Source: the human T2T-CHM13v2.0 reference genome, Homo sapiens. From it: a DNA stretch of 64,000 nucleotides. The DNA lies in assembly GCF_009914755.1 (NCBI RefSeq), contig NC_060927.1; one strand, written 5' to 3'. The position numbers and the translations under genes were made by a program. The notes under the pieces are model-generated. The model was given only the letters and a program-made list of their open reading frames with translations. It ran no database searches and was not told where the DNA came from. Shown here piece by piece: positions 1-14,055 of this stretch (its first letter is position 1; every line of letters starts with the position of its first letter).

Positions 1-1539
1 GGTCATCACTATGCCCCTCCTCTGTGCCCTAAGCTTGCCAGAGCCCACGGGCAGAGCCTCCCCCAGCCCAAGACACCGGGTCATTCTAAGGTTTAATGAA
101 CGACCCAGGGAGAGGAGTCCTGGACACCATGAGCAGGAGCCCAAACTTGAGGACTGTACAAGTCTTTCTATGTCCCAGGGTGGGAGGCATGGGGAGGGGA
201 GTAATGCCTCGAGAACAGAAGCTCTGGAGTCTGCACTGGGTAATTCAGGCTGAAACATCACCTTGTTTATGGGACACAGTTCTCATGAGCTTTATGACCC
301 TGTGGAAAATATTTTGGAGTATAAATCTCTATTCAGGAGTCATGACTAGTGCCATTCCAGATGGCAAACAGCTTAAAGATGTGCTTCTAGCTCTGCCAGC
401 TTTATTTGTAAGGACACTAATTATCTCACTAGAAATAGGTTCCTCTTATGATTATGATTAGCTTGCCATTTTTTTTCTTAATTCTGGGAAAAGATCACAC
501 ACGTATTTCATCCCTGGCCAACGGAAACCTTGGACTTTTCCAGAGCAGAAACGCCCTAACCCAGGAAGCATTACTCCCAGTCATACTCTCCCTCCCAAAA
601 GACATATAAAGGGTGAAATGGTGTTCAAAGTCAGAGTGGGTTTCAATTCATTTTGTTCTGAGAATTTTGCAGCCCTCCCTGACATAGAGATGAACAGCTA
701 TGGTGGCGCTCTAAGATATGGGCTGCATACAGGAAGATGCCTGGGCCCTGTGGAGGACTTCACGGTTGCGCTTGCCAGGGGAAATTTCATGTTCTGTCTT
801 CAGGGCAGGAAGAATGAATTTAATGTGGTTAAAGCCAAGGGAGGCTATAACAGTATTTCAAACACTCAAGTCAAATCTGAAGAAAAAGCTGCTTAAGTTG
901 TCTGCATTTCTGGACTCCAGGTTGAAGAGTGGGGTGACGGGAAGTAGAGGAGGCTAACTCAGCCTTGATCACCAAACCATAATGGTAGAGGAACAGCAAA
1001 TGGGTTTGTGAACGTTCCAAGTGTTCTTTCTTGGAGGTCTTAGGGCCCCTGACATGCTCAGGCAGTGGGGTCAAAGAGAAAACCTTCCTTCTGATGCCCT
1101 AGTTTTCCTAAGAGGGGAAGAAATTCCAAGTGGCCACCTGTGTATCCACTATCTCCAGCACCTCTCTGCACACCTTCAACAACTAACCATCAGTTTCCTA
1201 GGGAGGAATGTAAAACTATGCATGGCCACAGATAGCATCTATGGGCACCGAGAGGGGATGAAAGGAGCCACTGTTGCCACAACCCAAGATGGGCAATGTG
1301 GTGTCCCTGCAGGAAACAGGGAGCCAAAGGTTCCTCCCTGGCCTTCTCTGACACTGATATGTCAGGCTGTAAACATCTGTCCCAAGTTGGCCCCAAGCAT
1401 GTACCGCCACTGGTGTTTTATGATGCATCTGAAACCAGACCGTGACAACCCCTGGCTTTGGGGAACTTTGTAAGTACCCACGGAGGGCTTCCTTGTGTAG
1501 AGGGAGGTTACCCACCTTGCCACCAGGGCACAGAAGTAA

Positions 1540-2120
<581 letters not shown>

Positions 2121-3259
2121 GATGTATTCTTAACAAGCCAATCACCTTTCTTGTGTCATTCATGCATTCAACAAATGGTTATGGACCACTACACTATACA
2201 ATGCCTGCTGCTACTATGATAACGTGTCAATATTAGTCAATGATACTTAGATAGAGACTCGCATCCAAAATTAAGAGCTGTCTGTGCTGTATCATGTTCT
2301 AAGACTTTGGATGATTTAAAGTACATTCATTTAGAATTCAGAATGGTCTCTATTCTCAGGATGCTTGCTGGCATTTCAAGGATTGCAAACAATGTAGAAT
2401 CCAAACTCTGTTCGTGACTCTGTTAATTCTTGAGAGAAAACAGCTCAACAACAACACACGGCGCTGTTGATGCCCCCTGCCAGGTTTTGCTGGGATTGAC
2501 AAATTTGGTGTTATGTGTCACTTAGGAATCCTGCTGACTGGCAGTCCTCAGGATACGCACGTGCTGGCACGTTGGTCCCACTCCCCAAGTTGCCTCCCAG
2601 ACTTGACACACCCTGGTGACTCAACTTGCCTTCTCGTTAACCTAAAGCCTTTTCTTTGTTTGACACATTTTCCCACTGTGGGCAGACTTTCTGCCTTAGG
2701 AGAGCTGACATCAATAGTGCTATCCCATGCAGCAAACCACTAGAGACAGCACATTACTGGGGAGGGGGTACTGGGTGCTGGGAGACCTGGGAACAGTGTG
2801 TGTCTCAGTGGAGCTTACAGAAACCAGGCTGTTCAATTTATTTCTCTGCTGTTAATTTCAAGGTGCTGCTACTGCTACTTCAAACTGTAATAGTGTCTAC
2901 AAACAATTTGCACTTTGGAATGCCACAATCCCAGGGGGTAATTAACAAATCCAGGGAACAATCTTTTTAAAAGCCTTTAAAAGCAACAGAGACTGAGGCC
3001 ACCTTCGATGAAATAGAATCACTCCACTTTCTCTGTCATTTCAGAAGATACCTGGCTGACTCGTAGAGAGGTTTTGAGAGCACAGGCCCTGGGCTTTATG
3101 GAAAGTTCCTCAAGATGTGTTAATTAGAAATAAAATGCAGCATGGTTATCGGCTGCAGAGCTTTCTGAATGAAGCAGACTCTGAAGAGGGACTAAGATTT
3201 CAAGAGTTAGAAGCAGAGTTCACAAAGGGCCACCCAAGGACTGTGAATTCCAAACATAC

Positions 3260-3463
3260 CATTCACTATTCCAAGGTAGAAGACTGCGTTCACCAGCATG
3301 CCTCCTTTCCGGAAGTGGTCGCTCATGTGCTCTAACCAGTTGGCGTCCAAACCGCTCACTGTCTGGCCATTCTTGGAGACATGGAGAGGAATGGTGACAG
3401 GGTAGTATTGCCGGCACTTCTGATGGCTCTTCGGTTTGTTGAAAAGGGTGAAGATCTCCATTT
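3260..3463 (-). CDS. RFTN1: Raftlin internal coding exon (probably exon 6), 204 nt, phase 1 in / phase 1 out: (K)MEIFTLFNKPKSHQKCRQYYPVTIPLHVSKNGQTVSGLDANWLEHMSDHFRKGGMLVNAVFYLGIVN
   Basis: Acceptor ...atcccaacag|AAATGGAG and donor GTGAATG|gtatgt. The split codon A|AA gives Lys, and the peptide in ORF 3207..3461 is recognised as the conserved raftlin region. Confidence 0.96.
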
Positions 3464-5264
3464 CTGTTGGGATTTGTAAAGGGAGTGGAGAGAGAAGAGG
3501 TCAACTGATGATAAAAATCTGTTTCATCGGCTTAAGTGGAATCTCTCAGGAGCCTGAATAAATGATATGATGAATGCTGAAATCTCTGTGAGGCTGTATT
3601 GTTGCCAGATAATAAAGCCTCATTCCAAGTAATAAGTTGAGGCTGGCTTAAAGTAACATGGACCTGAAGGGTTGGGCTTCTGATGGGGAACTTAGGTTTT
3701 TAATCTGGAATATAATGAATAGCTGTTATCTGCGATTAATAGGCACAGCTAGGTGTTTGAGAAAAGAACATAGCAGATGGTTCTAGAAATTCATACAAAG
3801 ATGTGTTTTAGAAATAAAAGCAGACATACTTGGGTGAGAATGGTCTTTGGAAAACTAAATGTACAGAGACACATAAAAACAAAAATACTGCTCTAATTCC
3901 AGGAACCTTGTACACTCCTGAACTCACTATTTATAAACTGCAGTAGTGTTTCCTGGGGCTGAACCCATAATACTTAATCAAGTACATCAAAAATACATCA
4001 TTGATATGTAAAAATAAATATGTTCCCGTAAATGAGAGTTCCTGCCTGGAGTGGCAGGTCGGTCCAAACAGCCAAGAAGGCACAGGGGATGAGGCGCTGA
4101 GCTTTTGGTTCCTTCATTTATAGCTCAGTTCTTCAGCAATCAATAATCACTGCCACCCAGCAGCTGAGCCGCAACTGCCTACGTGCAGCTGGGCGTGGCT
4201 TAGCAGTAGCAGCCTCCAGAAGCAAATACCTGGAATTTCAATCTAAGTCTGAGAGTCTATTTTTGTGCTCCTCATTTAGTCAAGCAATCAGTTGACCCAG
4301 CTTAAAAAGTCTTGCTTACACAGGCTAGTCAGGAATATGCTTTGGTTTCCAAAAATATCTTCTTAAATCATAAGAAAATCCCCACCCTTCTTTGAAGCAA
4401 GAATTTAAAGGTCATAAACAATGGTTGACATTAGCAAGAAGGACAAAGCACATTCATGCTCCCTGCATGAAACACCTGGACCCACACTCTCTGATGCTGT
4501 TTCTCAGATTTCAGTATCTCACAATGTTTTGTGGTATCCAAGTACTAGTTGATTTTTTTAATTGACTCACTTTCCTTTATTTAAACAAACACATTTTTTT
4601 AGAAAAAGGAAACTTTGTTTCATGACTATGAAGGCAGTCCGCTACCACTTGCCAAAAACAAGGGGTAATGATGAAGCACATTAACACCAAATATGTTCAT
4701 CCATCTAACATCTAAAATTATCTCACATAGGTCACAAAGTCTTCTCACAGCCCCGCCTGAGCGAACACCAGCAGAGATCTCTAGGGACCAACGCTGGGCC
4801 ATATTACTTTGTCATCAGCAATACCTGAATGAACAGCAGCCATTTCAGGCTTTCCATCCAATAGAACAATTAGGGAAGGAAGGTGCCCGTCTTTGGAAGT
4901 GGCCACCTGTATTTTAAACACCAATTCTAGCCTGTTCATCATCCCCACGCCAAGTTGCTTTTCTCAGCCCTCCTGCTTACTCAGGAAGCCATCTCCAGCC
5001 AGGAAGTACTTTCACACCAGAAATTAGGTCTTGGTGTATAGAACTGGCAGTCACTAGACTAGTTTGTGAGTTCACAATACAAACTTTAGAAATGGAGCGA
5101 CACAGAGGAGGTTCGTAATGGAGGGAATCCGGCCATAAATTGGGGCTGGGGTGGGCAGGAGGTGAACTAGATGATTGGGTGTTTTCCAGTCCTGGGCGTC
5201 AGGGGTTCAATTAAAAGCTGCAGCTACCGAGGGCAAGAGGATAAGCAAGGTTTTAGTGAGTTCT

Positions 5265-5650
5265 TGGGTTTATTTGGATTCCTTCGAAAGCAGACCCTGC
5301 AAGCTTTCCTGTGCAAGTAGTTTATTTGGGAAGTGATCCCAGGAAACAGAGGGAAGGAGTAGGAATGGGCAACAGGAAGGAGCTGGAGATGATGCCAGTG
5401 AATGAGTGCACTGAAGAGCATGTTACCACTGGGGCAGCTAGGGCTCAATCCCAACAAGGACCCTGAGACACTGTGTAAAACACACTTCAGATTCACCCAC
5501 CAAGGGCAAGGAAGGTGGGACATTTATCCCCATAAATTGAAGGTCACTCCTGATTCATTAATTCCTCAGGGCCCATTCCCGAGAATGGCTGCAGGTAGAG
5601 AGGCTAAGGAAGCGGTGGGCTCGGCCAGAGCTGTCCACAGGTGACCCCAA
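5265..5650. mobile_element. Old MaLR LTR (MLT1-type)
   Basis: aagcagaccctg...gtgcaagtagtttatttgggaagtgatcccagga resembles MLT1 LTR consensus. Confidence 0.55.
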
Positions 5651-8600
5651 CATGGGCCATAGCACCACTCGCTACAGCCTGCTACAGTCAAGCACAAATG
5701 CAAATGAATTAAGAAGAAGAAGAAAAAAATCACAGCCTCTGTGTGGGAGAAGTAGGTGGGGAATTTGGAAGTGGCCAAAGTCCAAAACTACATGGTAACA
5801 CTTGATCACACAGAAGGAACTCCCACTCAATGGCAAGACAGAAACATAACTTTCCCAAATGCGTAATGAACCAGAAAAAGGGGAAGGCCAAAGGAGAAGT
5901 GAGAATGCTGGGGGTGTAGCGGAGGAAGACAGAGACCCTCAGAAAAGGTAGACGGTGCTGACAGCTTTCCCGGCTTGATCCTCCCCAGGGGGCCAGACTG
6001 AAGCCAGAGACAGAAATAAATTTCTCAGGAAAAGGAAACAGTGTTGGAACGAAGAGCCTCCAAAGCATCAGCAGCAATGAAATATTGGGAGAAACCTGAT
6101 TGCACATGCATAACCCTTGTACGCTCCTCTGCCCCATCATCTCCTTGTCCCCAGTCCTTTCTCTACCCACATGGAAACCAGCCAAGAGAACTGTCCAAAA
6201 GTGATGTCCTTTGATGTTTTAATATTCTGATTCTCCAACACACATCCTCACGTGAGCAAGCACCAAAGATTCCAAAAAGAAGCCCCATGTTTGTTTAAAT
6301 TTTCTCAGCTGCTCTGTGACTCTGCCATGACCCCAGCTGGAAGATTTTTCCAGACATGGGATGGTAAGTCCCAAAGGGATAGGGAAGGCATTGTTTTTGA
6401 GAATGTTCTGGGAGTGGCTGAAGGACTGTACTGGCAGAGCACCCAAGGAGCATTTGGACTGTCTTCTCATCTCTCCCTTTCCCCCACCTTGTCTCATTTA
6501 GATCCCTCCTGTTACATGTGTTCACTGTATTGACCTAAGCCAACCAGAGGAGAAAGTGAGGGCAGGTTAAGGGGGCATGGGGCCCAAGGGTGGGGGTGGC
6601 TGAGTCCTGCCAGCCTTGGAGCCTGGTCCATTCAGGCCTTGCCAGGCTACTAGGGAGTGGGGAGGAAAGAGGCAGCTGTCCAGCCCTGAGGTCTGTACCT
6701 GGGCGTGGGGACTCTGGCACAGGATGGAAGGCTGCAGTTTGCCTGCAGGTGGGGCCCCAGAGAGCCCAGGTCTTGAGGGTAAGCAGGGGACTGGCTGGGC
6801 CCTGCTGTCCCAGGAGACCTCTGGTCTGGAGAGAAGAAAGAGTTTAGAGCCTGGGTGAAAATCTGGGGCTCCAAGGGCTAGATGTGGGAGGAGGAGGCAG
6901 CTGGTCATTAGCTGCATTGGAAGGAACAAGTGGGCATCACACTTGGCTGGGCAGTCCAAGCTGGGTGGGGACTGCAGGCTGCTGAGGTCATGGGCAGAAG
7001 GAACTAAGCAGAAAGGTTTGCATTGGGAAGGGAGGCAGTGGGCACCATGGTGGCGAGGCAGGGCAGGAGGGTGGAAGGGCCCCAGGCTGCTCCATCCAGA
7101 TGCCTAAATCTGGGCAAGGCTGCTCAAGCTTCGCTAAGGCTTGGGTACTAATAGCAGGTACTAATAGTGAGGCCCGCTTGCCAGGGCAGCAGGAAAGGCA
7201 AAGTGCAGGGACCGCTGCTGCGTGCACAACAATCCACAGGACTCCACCTGCAAGCATGACAGCAGCCACAGGCATGTGTCCCATATTTACAAGGGCCTTT
7301 CACCTTCACCATCTCATGTGACTCTCCCAAACTTGATGAGAGGGGGTGGCCCTGGTTCTGTGCCCAGAAGTGCTAAGTGGATCCCCCAGAAATCACAAGC
7401 CAGTAAGTGGCACAGCCAAGAGTCTTTCAAACCCCAAACCCTGGGCTCTTTCCCAAATCTAACAAGAGGCTAACTTCATCAGGACACAGAAGGCAGGGGC
7501 TGATGACCGTGGGTGGGAGCTCAATAGCTGTTTGTTAATGGACTGAGTAAAAGGCCAGAAAGATGGCGGCAGGTGGCAGATCTGGGAGGGGGCCGCATCA
7601 TGGGGTCCAACTATCCCAAGGGAGTTGGGAGGGAAGGAGCCCTCACATCAGGAAAGCCCAACCCCCAGGTTTTGGCCATTCACAATGAGCTGGCAGCCAG
7701 GGAGGGCTACTGAATAAAATCCTCTCAGCCAGAAACATGATTGGCATCACACGCTTGGGTTTCTGGCTGACATTTCTAAGCATTTTAAGTGAGGAGGTGC
7801 AGGGTAGGAAGGGCAGTGCTTGGAAGACTTGTTATTTTGGTGACGGTGAGAATGATTAGAATTTTCGTGAACCTGTCTAGCCTCCTGGTTTCTCTGATGG
7901 AAGCTGTGGCAACGGAGACACTGAGGCTGTCCCTGCACAGGCTCAGGTGATCACGGCACAGCACGGACCTCCAACCAAAAGGAAATTCCCCCAGACCAGG
8001 AAATAAGTCAGCGAGCAGGAAGAGGAACCCACGGCGGGCCTCCCCAAGAACCTGCAGGGGCAAGGAGGCGTGACGGCTGCACCGAGCCCGCAGAGATGGG
8101 GAGGGACGACCTGCCCCTGCTTCCGCATGGAGAATCCACTGGAAAGTCCTGTCTGAGCAGGCATTGCCTAGATTCCTCTCCCCAAGGCCTCCTATAAAGG
8201 AAATAAATTAACTGAGGAGAAGGAGGGAAGAGGAGGGAGACTCCCTCTGGATTTTTTTTAATTGTCTTGCTGTGATTGCCTATTTAAGCCCACCTGGCAG
8301 AAGAGGAGTAAAAAACACTTCACCCTCCCTTAGGGGGCTCTGAGAGAAGGCAAGCTGGGAGCTGAGCAGGCAGTGGGGAGGGGTGCCTGGGGGGGCCCGT
8401 GTGTGCCTGTGGGGGAGTGACAGTGAGTGGGCTTCCTAGGAGAAAGATTAGGAGAGAGGCTGGGGGTCAGGTGAGGGTCACAACCAATAAGGACAGGGTC
8501 CCTGGACGTTCAGCCTTCAGGGAGGCCAAATACTCAAGCTGTGATAAAGAAATTTAACTATATGGGGGTATAAAAGGTGACACTCCCTATTTGTAAAATG

Positions 8601-10901
8601 GATCTAGTAATAGCATCTTCTGCCATAAAGCTGTTGTGAGGAGTTACTGAGATGACACAAGAAGGACACAGAATAGGGCACTTGGAGGGTGACTGCCATC
8701 GTGACCACTGAAAGGCTTATATGTGAAATGATCCCTGTATGAAAAACCCAAAAGCTCATCTATTCCATCAAAGGAGGGAAAAGGGATAATAGTGAGCTGC
8801 CTAAATTTCAGAGATTCGCAGCCTGAGCAGAGAGATAAAGGGACTGCTTTATGTGTAGAGACAGGCAGTGTTTACCTGCCTAGGGAGACTGGGCTCGAAG
8901 GAGGCTTTAATCCCTCCTCCTGGCCTACCCGTGCAGAGCTGAAATTCTCATCCACTGGTGGGCTGACCACCTCCAGAAACACACACATTCACCCATTCCT
9001 CCCCAGCAGGGTCTGTTTCTCCAGGAGAGAACAGGGACTTGGGTGATGGGATAGGGGCCAAGATGCTTTGGGTGTCAATTTTTCTGTGTTCAGCCATCAG
9101 GGGAGATTCTGGGTGAGGAAGGTGAGTGGCCACGGGGTAGCAAGAAGGTCCTGGGCACCTGCGGAAGTTCCTTGGACAAGTTTCCCCAGTGAATAATCCT
9201 CTCACAGGAGGCAGGAAGTCTGGAAGGAGTAGCGGAGGAAGGTGGGCTCTGGAACACAGGAAGCATCTGAAAGCTACTGAGGAAACCTCAATAGTAACTG
9301 CCTCCTTTCTCAAAGCCAGGATTCCATGAGAGGTGGAGGTCGAGTGTCAGGACTACTGAGCCTGTACCCCAATAATAGCAGCTCATACTCATGAGTCAAA
9401 CAGTGCCGAGTGCTTTAAATGTACAACTTTAACCTTTCCATGAGAAACTATCGTTCTATCCCCATTTCAAAGGGTGAGAAACTGAGGCACGGAAGGCAGG
9501 CCGGAATGTATACTCTAGATTCTTGAGCACCATGCTCCTCACCTCTCCATCACTCCTGCCCTTTCTCCTGGGGGCCTCTGCCTGGCCTGACTCTCGCCCT
9601 CCCACAGTCCTGGACCGTACAGAAGGACTCCAGTGAGGTCCATCTTCCTGCCCAGGATTCAGAGCACACACATCCAGCCCAGCCTCCATGAGAAGATGGA
9701 GGTTTCTGGACTAAGACCTGGGCGTTCATGAGGACGACACACTGGGCTTAAATGCATGCTCAGCTACTTCATGAGGGCAGCAGGCATGTGCCTCAAACAG
9801 CGAAAAATCACACAGATGAAGGGCTCTACTTCAGTGCATACTAAGAAGGCTCAATGCCTTGATTAAACAATAGTCTTACTACATCACAGAACTGACGCAG
9901 CTCCAATATCTCCCTCTAAATCAACTTTGCAAATAAGCCCCTGGAATTAACCATCCCATAATTTTCCTCTCAAGAAGTTCTGATGTAACAAAAGAAACTG
10001 TTTCTCCTTGTTTTCCCTTCTGGAAGCACCACCTGTTCATTATCACTTGTAAGAGGCTAAATTCAAGAATTCGTAAATAAATGGTAATAACAATATTAAC
10101 CAGGGAGATCATCCAGAAAGGCCTAAACAGAAAGCCCTCCTAAGCCCTGGGGGTCTTCTGTTAGTTTTCATACTTGTTCTTACTTACATGGCTTATGTAA
10201 GTACCTTGCTCTCAGGAAATGACCAGATGCTAGATTTCCTGGAGAAAGGGGGAAATATGGATGGTTGATTTCCTGAAGAAAGTAGAGAAAAAGGAAATAC
10301 AGAGAAACGGAGGGAAACTTTGCTCCCTGTAAATCTTATTAAGGGCCTCGGCAAATCTTGTTAGTCTATCACACAGGAAAGACCAAGCAGAGAGGCGTGA
10401 AGGGATGGTGGGTAAGTCCACCTGGGTTCATATGCCCGAACTGCCTATTTCCAGACTGGGCAACAAATTTCCTCTCTAAACCCCAGTTTGCTCAGCTGTA
10501 AAATGTCTTGCTTTAGGCAAGTATTTTAACAGGTGGTGTGTAGGTTTTCATCGGTGCCTGGCAGGCTGACACTTCCTGTGTGAAAACTGGATAATTCAAG
10601 GGCAATTTCGAGAGCACAGGAGATAAAAGAGCTCACAGTCTAGAATCCACTTCAAACGTGACATTTTGGAGCAAACTGCAAGTCAATTTCATGTGGTTCT
10701 GTACTCCCCAGAAGTCATAACTTCAGTAAGTAAACAGTCAGGTGGCACAGATAACTGCTTGATAAAGTTTCTCCTGTTTGATGGACTGCTGTCTCTACAC
10801 TCTAAATTCCATTCCTTTTTCTCTGAGATACCATGGGGATTAATGAAAAGCTGTTAGCTGCTCTTTAAGTGGGTCAAAACTCCCATTGCTGACATACTTA
10901 C

Positions 10902-11286
10902 TCCCTGAGAGTGGCTCTTCATGCACCTCCAAGGGGTTGCTCTCCGGTCCATCCAGTGTCTTGCTCACCCCCTGTGGTGAAAGTTCTCCACCATCTCCCT
11001 CTCCGGAGGGTGAGCTGGGCTGCTTGGCGAGGGGCACCTCCCCTCTGGGGCCTGAGCTGGGCTCTGGGCTTTGGTTTCTCCCAGCCGGAGCACTGCACAC
11101 ATCCCCAGTCCCCGGTTTCTCATTCTCCAGTGACGCGTGATCCCCACGTGCGTTTTTTGCATCTCTGGCATCCTCGGTGCTGTTGGCAGTAGACACCGGA
11201 GCACTGCTGCCTGCCGAGTTCACAGAGGAATGGTACTGAGGTATAACACCAACGAATTTCAGGCCCTGGCTTGCAGCCTCCTGGAT
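10902..11286 (-). CDS. RFTN1: Raftlin internal coding exon (probably exon 5), 385 nt, phase 0 in / phase 1 out: IQEAASQGLKFVGVIPQYHSS...PLEVHEEPLSG; mostly a Ser/Pro/Gly/Glu-rich, probably disordered segment
   Basis: Acceptor cccttccttttgtttgcctcacag|ATCCAG and donor TCAGGGA|gtaagt. Lies in ORF 10840..11358, retains CpGs as exons often do, and its phases match both neighbouring exons. Confidence 0.97.
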
Positions 11287-13748
11287 CTGTGAGGCAAACA
11301 AAAGGAAGGGAAACAAGTGAATGAAATGGTCTATCAAAGGGACACGTGCAGCGTGCAAAGCGCCTCCCCGAGGCCTGCGAGGCTATTTCAGGTGCAGGAG
11401 AAGAATTCCAAGCTGACAGGAACTCCATGTCCTCAGGGGCACCTGCCCCCACACCCTAGTCTGAAGAAGACAGGTTTTTTAATTTGTTTTAACTATATTG
11501 TCTGATGGAAAGATAAAGCATTTGGCTTTGAAGAGTTGAAATCACTACTTTGAAACACTACACTAGTCCTTATTAACATTTTTTAAAGAGGCTGGAAAAA
11601 GTTCTAAACAAAGAGTTTGAAGGAGGAAGTTTGTTTTATTAAGAGTTTGGTTTTTTTTGTCACTTTTTTTCGGACGAATCACTGACTTCCTGCCCATCAG
11701 GCTACTGTATAACTACAGCTTGTCTATATAACCATATACAAACAACAGATGGCATTTTATGGCCCAAAGAGCTTCCTTTTTGGACAATAGTTTTGGCAGA
11801 GAAGGGCAGAGGTGGGAAAATCACCCCTGTGCCAAGGCTGTGGGCAAATCCTCCCCGAGAGGTATCATCTGATGGACACCTTGCTCCCTGGTGCTCTCAG
11901 GCTTAGGGAAGGTCAAAGGAGCCCACAGATCATGCCCAGCCCACAGCCACAGACTGACTCTTGGCTCTCCAAGTCCTGGTCCACACCATCCAGCAGCGAG
12001 GTGATGGTTCCTTCTCACTCCCTGTACCAACGGGATGGGGGATGAACACCCACCTGCAGTACCGAGGTACTTGAACTCTCCCTCTCCCTAAAAAATAGCC
12101 CAAGGCAATTGGGTTGAATGTAAGTCATAAGTTTGAAAGAAAAATTGAAAATAAATAACCTAATAAAATAAAGCAAGAGCCAGCCAAAGCCAGAAGGTAG
12201 CCTTTAGGGGACTTTCCAGGCAAGGATGCTTAAGTCATTTTACAAATAAATAAGGCGGTGCAGACCTCAGAGCTGTCTAAGTCTTAGTCACCAAGCTCTA
12301 AGCAGATGACCTCAGAAAATCTTGAGGCCTCTGCAATGATAATCTACCCTCATTTGAGAGTCAGTTTTGCCAGCACAGAGGTATTCTCTCTAAAGGAGAA
12401 GCTGCCCTGACAGCTCTCCTCGGAAGAACCACCCTGACATTAAATGGAAAGTCATTTTTGTTCCACACTGCGCAACCTGGAAAACTGCAGTTGCAAACAT
12501 GCAGTCCAGTCTTTAAATCCTAGCCTGTGCTAGACATAAAATAAGAATAGTAGTAATTACTGTCTACTGTAGACCTACTATGTCTAGGCATTGAGCTAGG
12601 CATTTTACATAAATTAAAACAACAAAACGTTTCATCCTTCAATGACGGTGCATGGTATCATTGTCTCCATTTCAGATGAGGACACTGGAGCCCAGAGACA
12701 TTAAAGTCATAAAACAAGCAGTGAGTAGCCAGAGTGCAAAACCAGGTCTGGCCTGGGCCAAAGTTCATTCTTTTAATCACAAGACTCAGTGGACACATGT
12801 CAAAGCATCAACTACATACATGTCTATGGGCATGTATGTGTCCACTCATACGCCCCGAGTTGGCTCAATTCACTCTTCAAAAGTTAAAAAAAACAAAAGA
12901 CAAAAAAATCTTAAAGCCATCTATTCCATTCTGAAAATTTTTTCCCTCATTAATCTATGATATTCACCTATGTTAAAAATTATTCTATAAAGCTCCTAAA
13001 AGAAGGCACAGCAACACAAATTTTAAAAGAAAATAGCAGGGAAATAATTATACCAAAGAACTTTGGAGGCTGAGGAAAGCCACTGCATGCAAAGCATACT
13101 TCTGAGCTTTCTGGCAACATATGCCAAAAGAGAAAGGCAATGGGTTTTACAGCCCTCAAATGAAATGAGGAGACACCTGCACTAGCTTCTGCTATTACTC
13201 TCTTACTGCAGAGGAAACAGCTATGACTTCTGAAGCATTTTAATAACTGCTTCCATGGAGGGCTCAACCATAGGCCAGTCTCAACTAGAGTCACGGAAAT
13301 AGCATGAAGTTTAAAGGCTTTTGGAAAGGCCTGATGTGGAGCCCCAGATATGTGACTCACCATCTTGAGGAACCAGAGTAGATTATATAAACTTTCTGTG
13401 CCTCAGTTTTCTCATGTATAAAATGAGTGAAAACACACTTATTTTGCAGTTGCACTGAAACTTAGTTTAGACATTACATATGGCAAGTGCGCCAAAGGAT
13501 GGGGCACAAAGACGGTATCTCTAACCTCTCTCCTTATCAGTCCTGGGCTTCTGCGGCCCTGCAGAGACTGCTGTCATCTAGAGTGAAGAGGCGAGGACTC
13601 CAGACACAGGGCATTATCCTAGCCCTCCCCTTCCTCACTGGGACTGGAGGAATTGGAGAGGCTTGGACACAGACACCTGCCCTTCTCCCACAACAAACCA
13701 GACAACCATATTCCTTTGCCATCTTGTACTGCAAATTTATCCTCTAGG

Positions 13749-13937
13749 CCAGGGGTTCTCAAAGTGTGGGCCCCAGACCAGAGCATCAGCATCCCCTGGG
13801 AACCTGTTAGAAATGCAAATTCTCAGGCCCCACCACAGACCTACTGAGTCAGAAACTCTGAGGGTGAGATCCAGCAATCTGTGTCTTAACAAGTCCTCCG
13901 AGTGATTCCAATGCAGCCTGATGTTTGAGAATCACTG
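13749..13937 (+). mobile_element. MER5A hAT-Charlie MITE
   Basis: caggggttctcaaagtgtgg...gttagaaatgcaaattctcaggcccca...gtttgagaatcactg with terminal inverted repeats and ctctag-type flanks. Confidence 0.88.
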
Positions 13938-13944
13938 CTCTAGA

Positions 13945-14055
13945 ATACACATTTCATGAGGGCTGGGGTAGTTTGCACTGCTGCATCCCCAGTAATAGAA
14001 TGATGTCTGACATATAGCAGGTCCTCAATAAATATCTGTTGAATGAATGAATATA
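13945..14055 (+). mobile_element. L2 3' end fragment
   Basis: catatagcaggtcctcaataaatatctgttgaatgaatgaa is the typical L2 tail. Confidence 0.65.

Noticed and set aside
10181-10203. 9-bp stem tacttacat-ggctt-atgtaagta
   Set aside because: Too short to exceed chance expectation in 64 kb.
10840-11358. Full ORF-track proteins (172, 84 and 92 aa) as stand-alone genes
   Set aside because: Only the parts between splice sites are coding; the flanks are intronic read-through.
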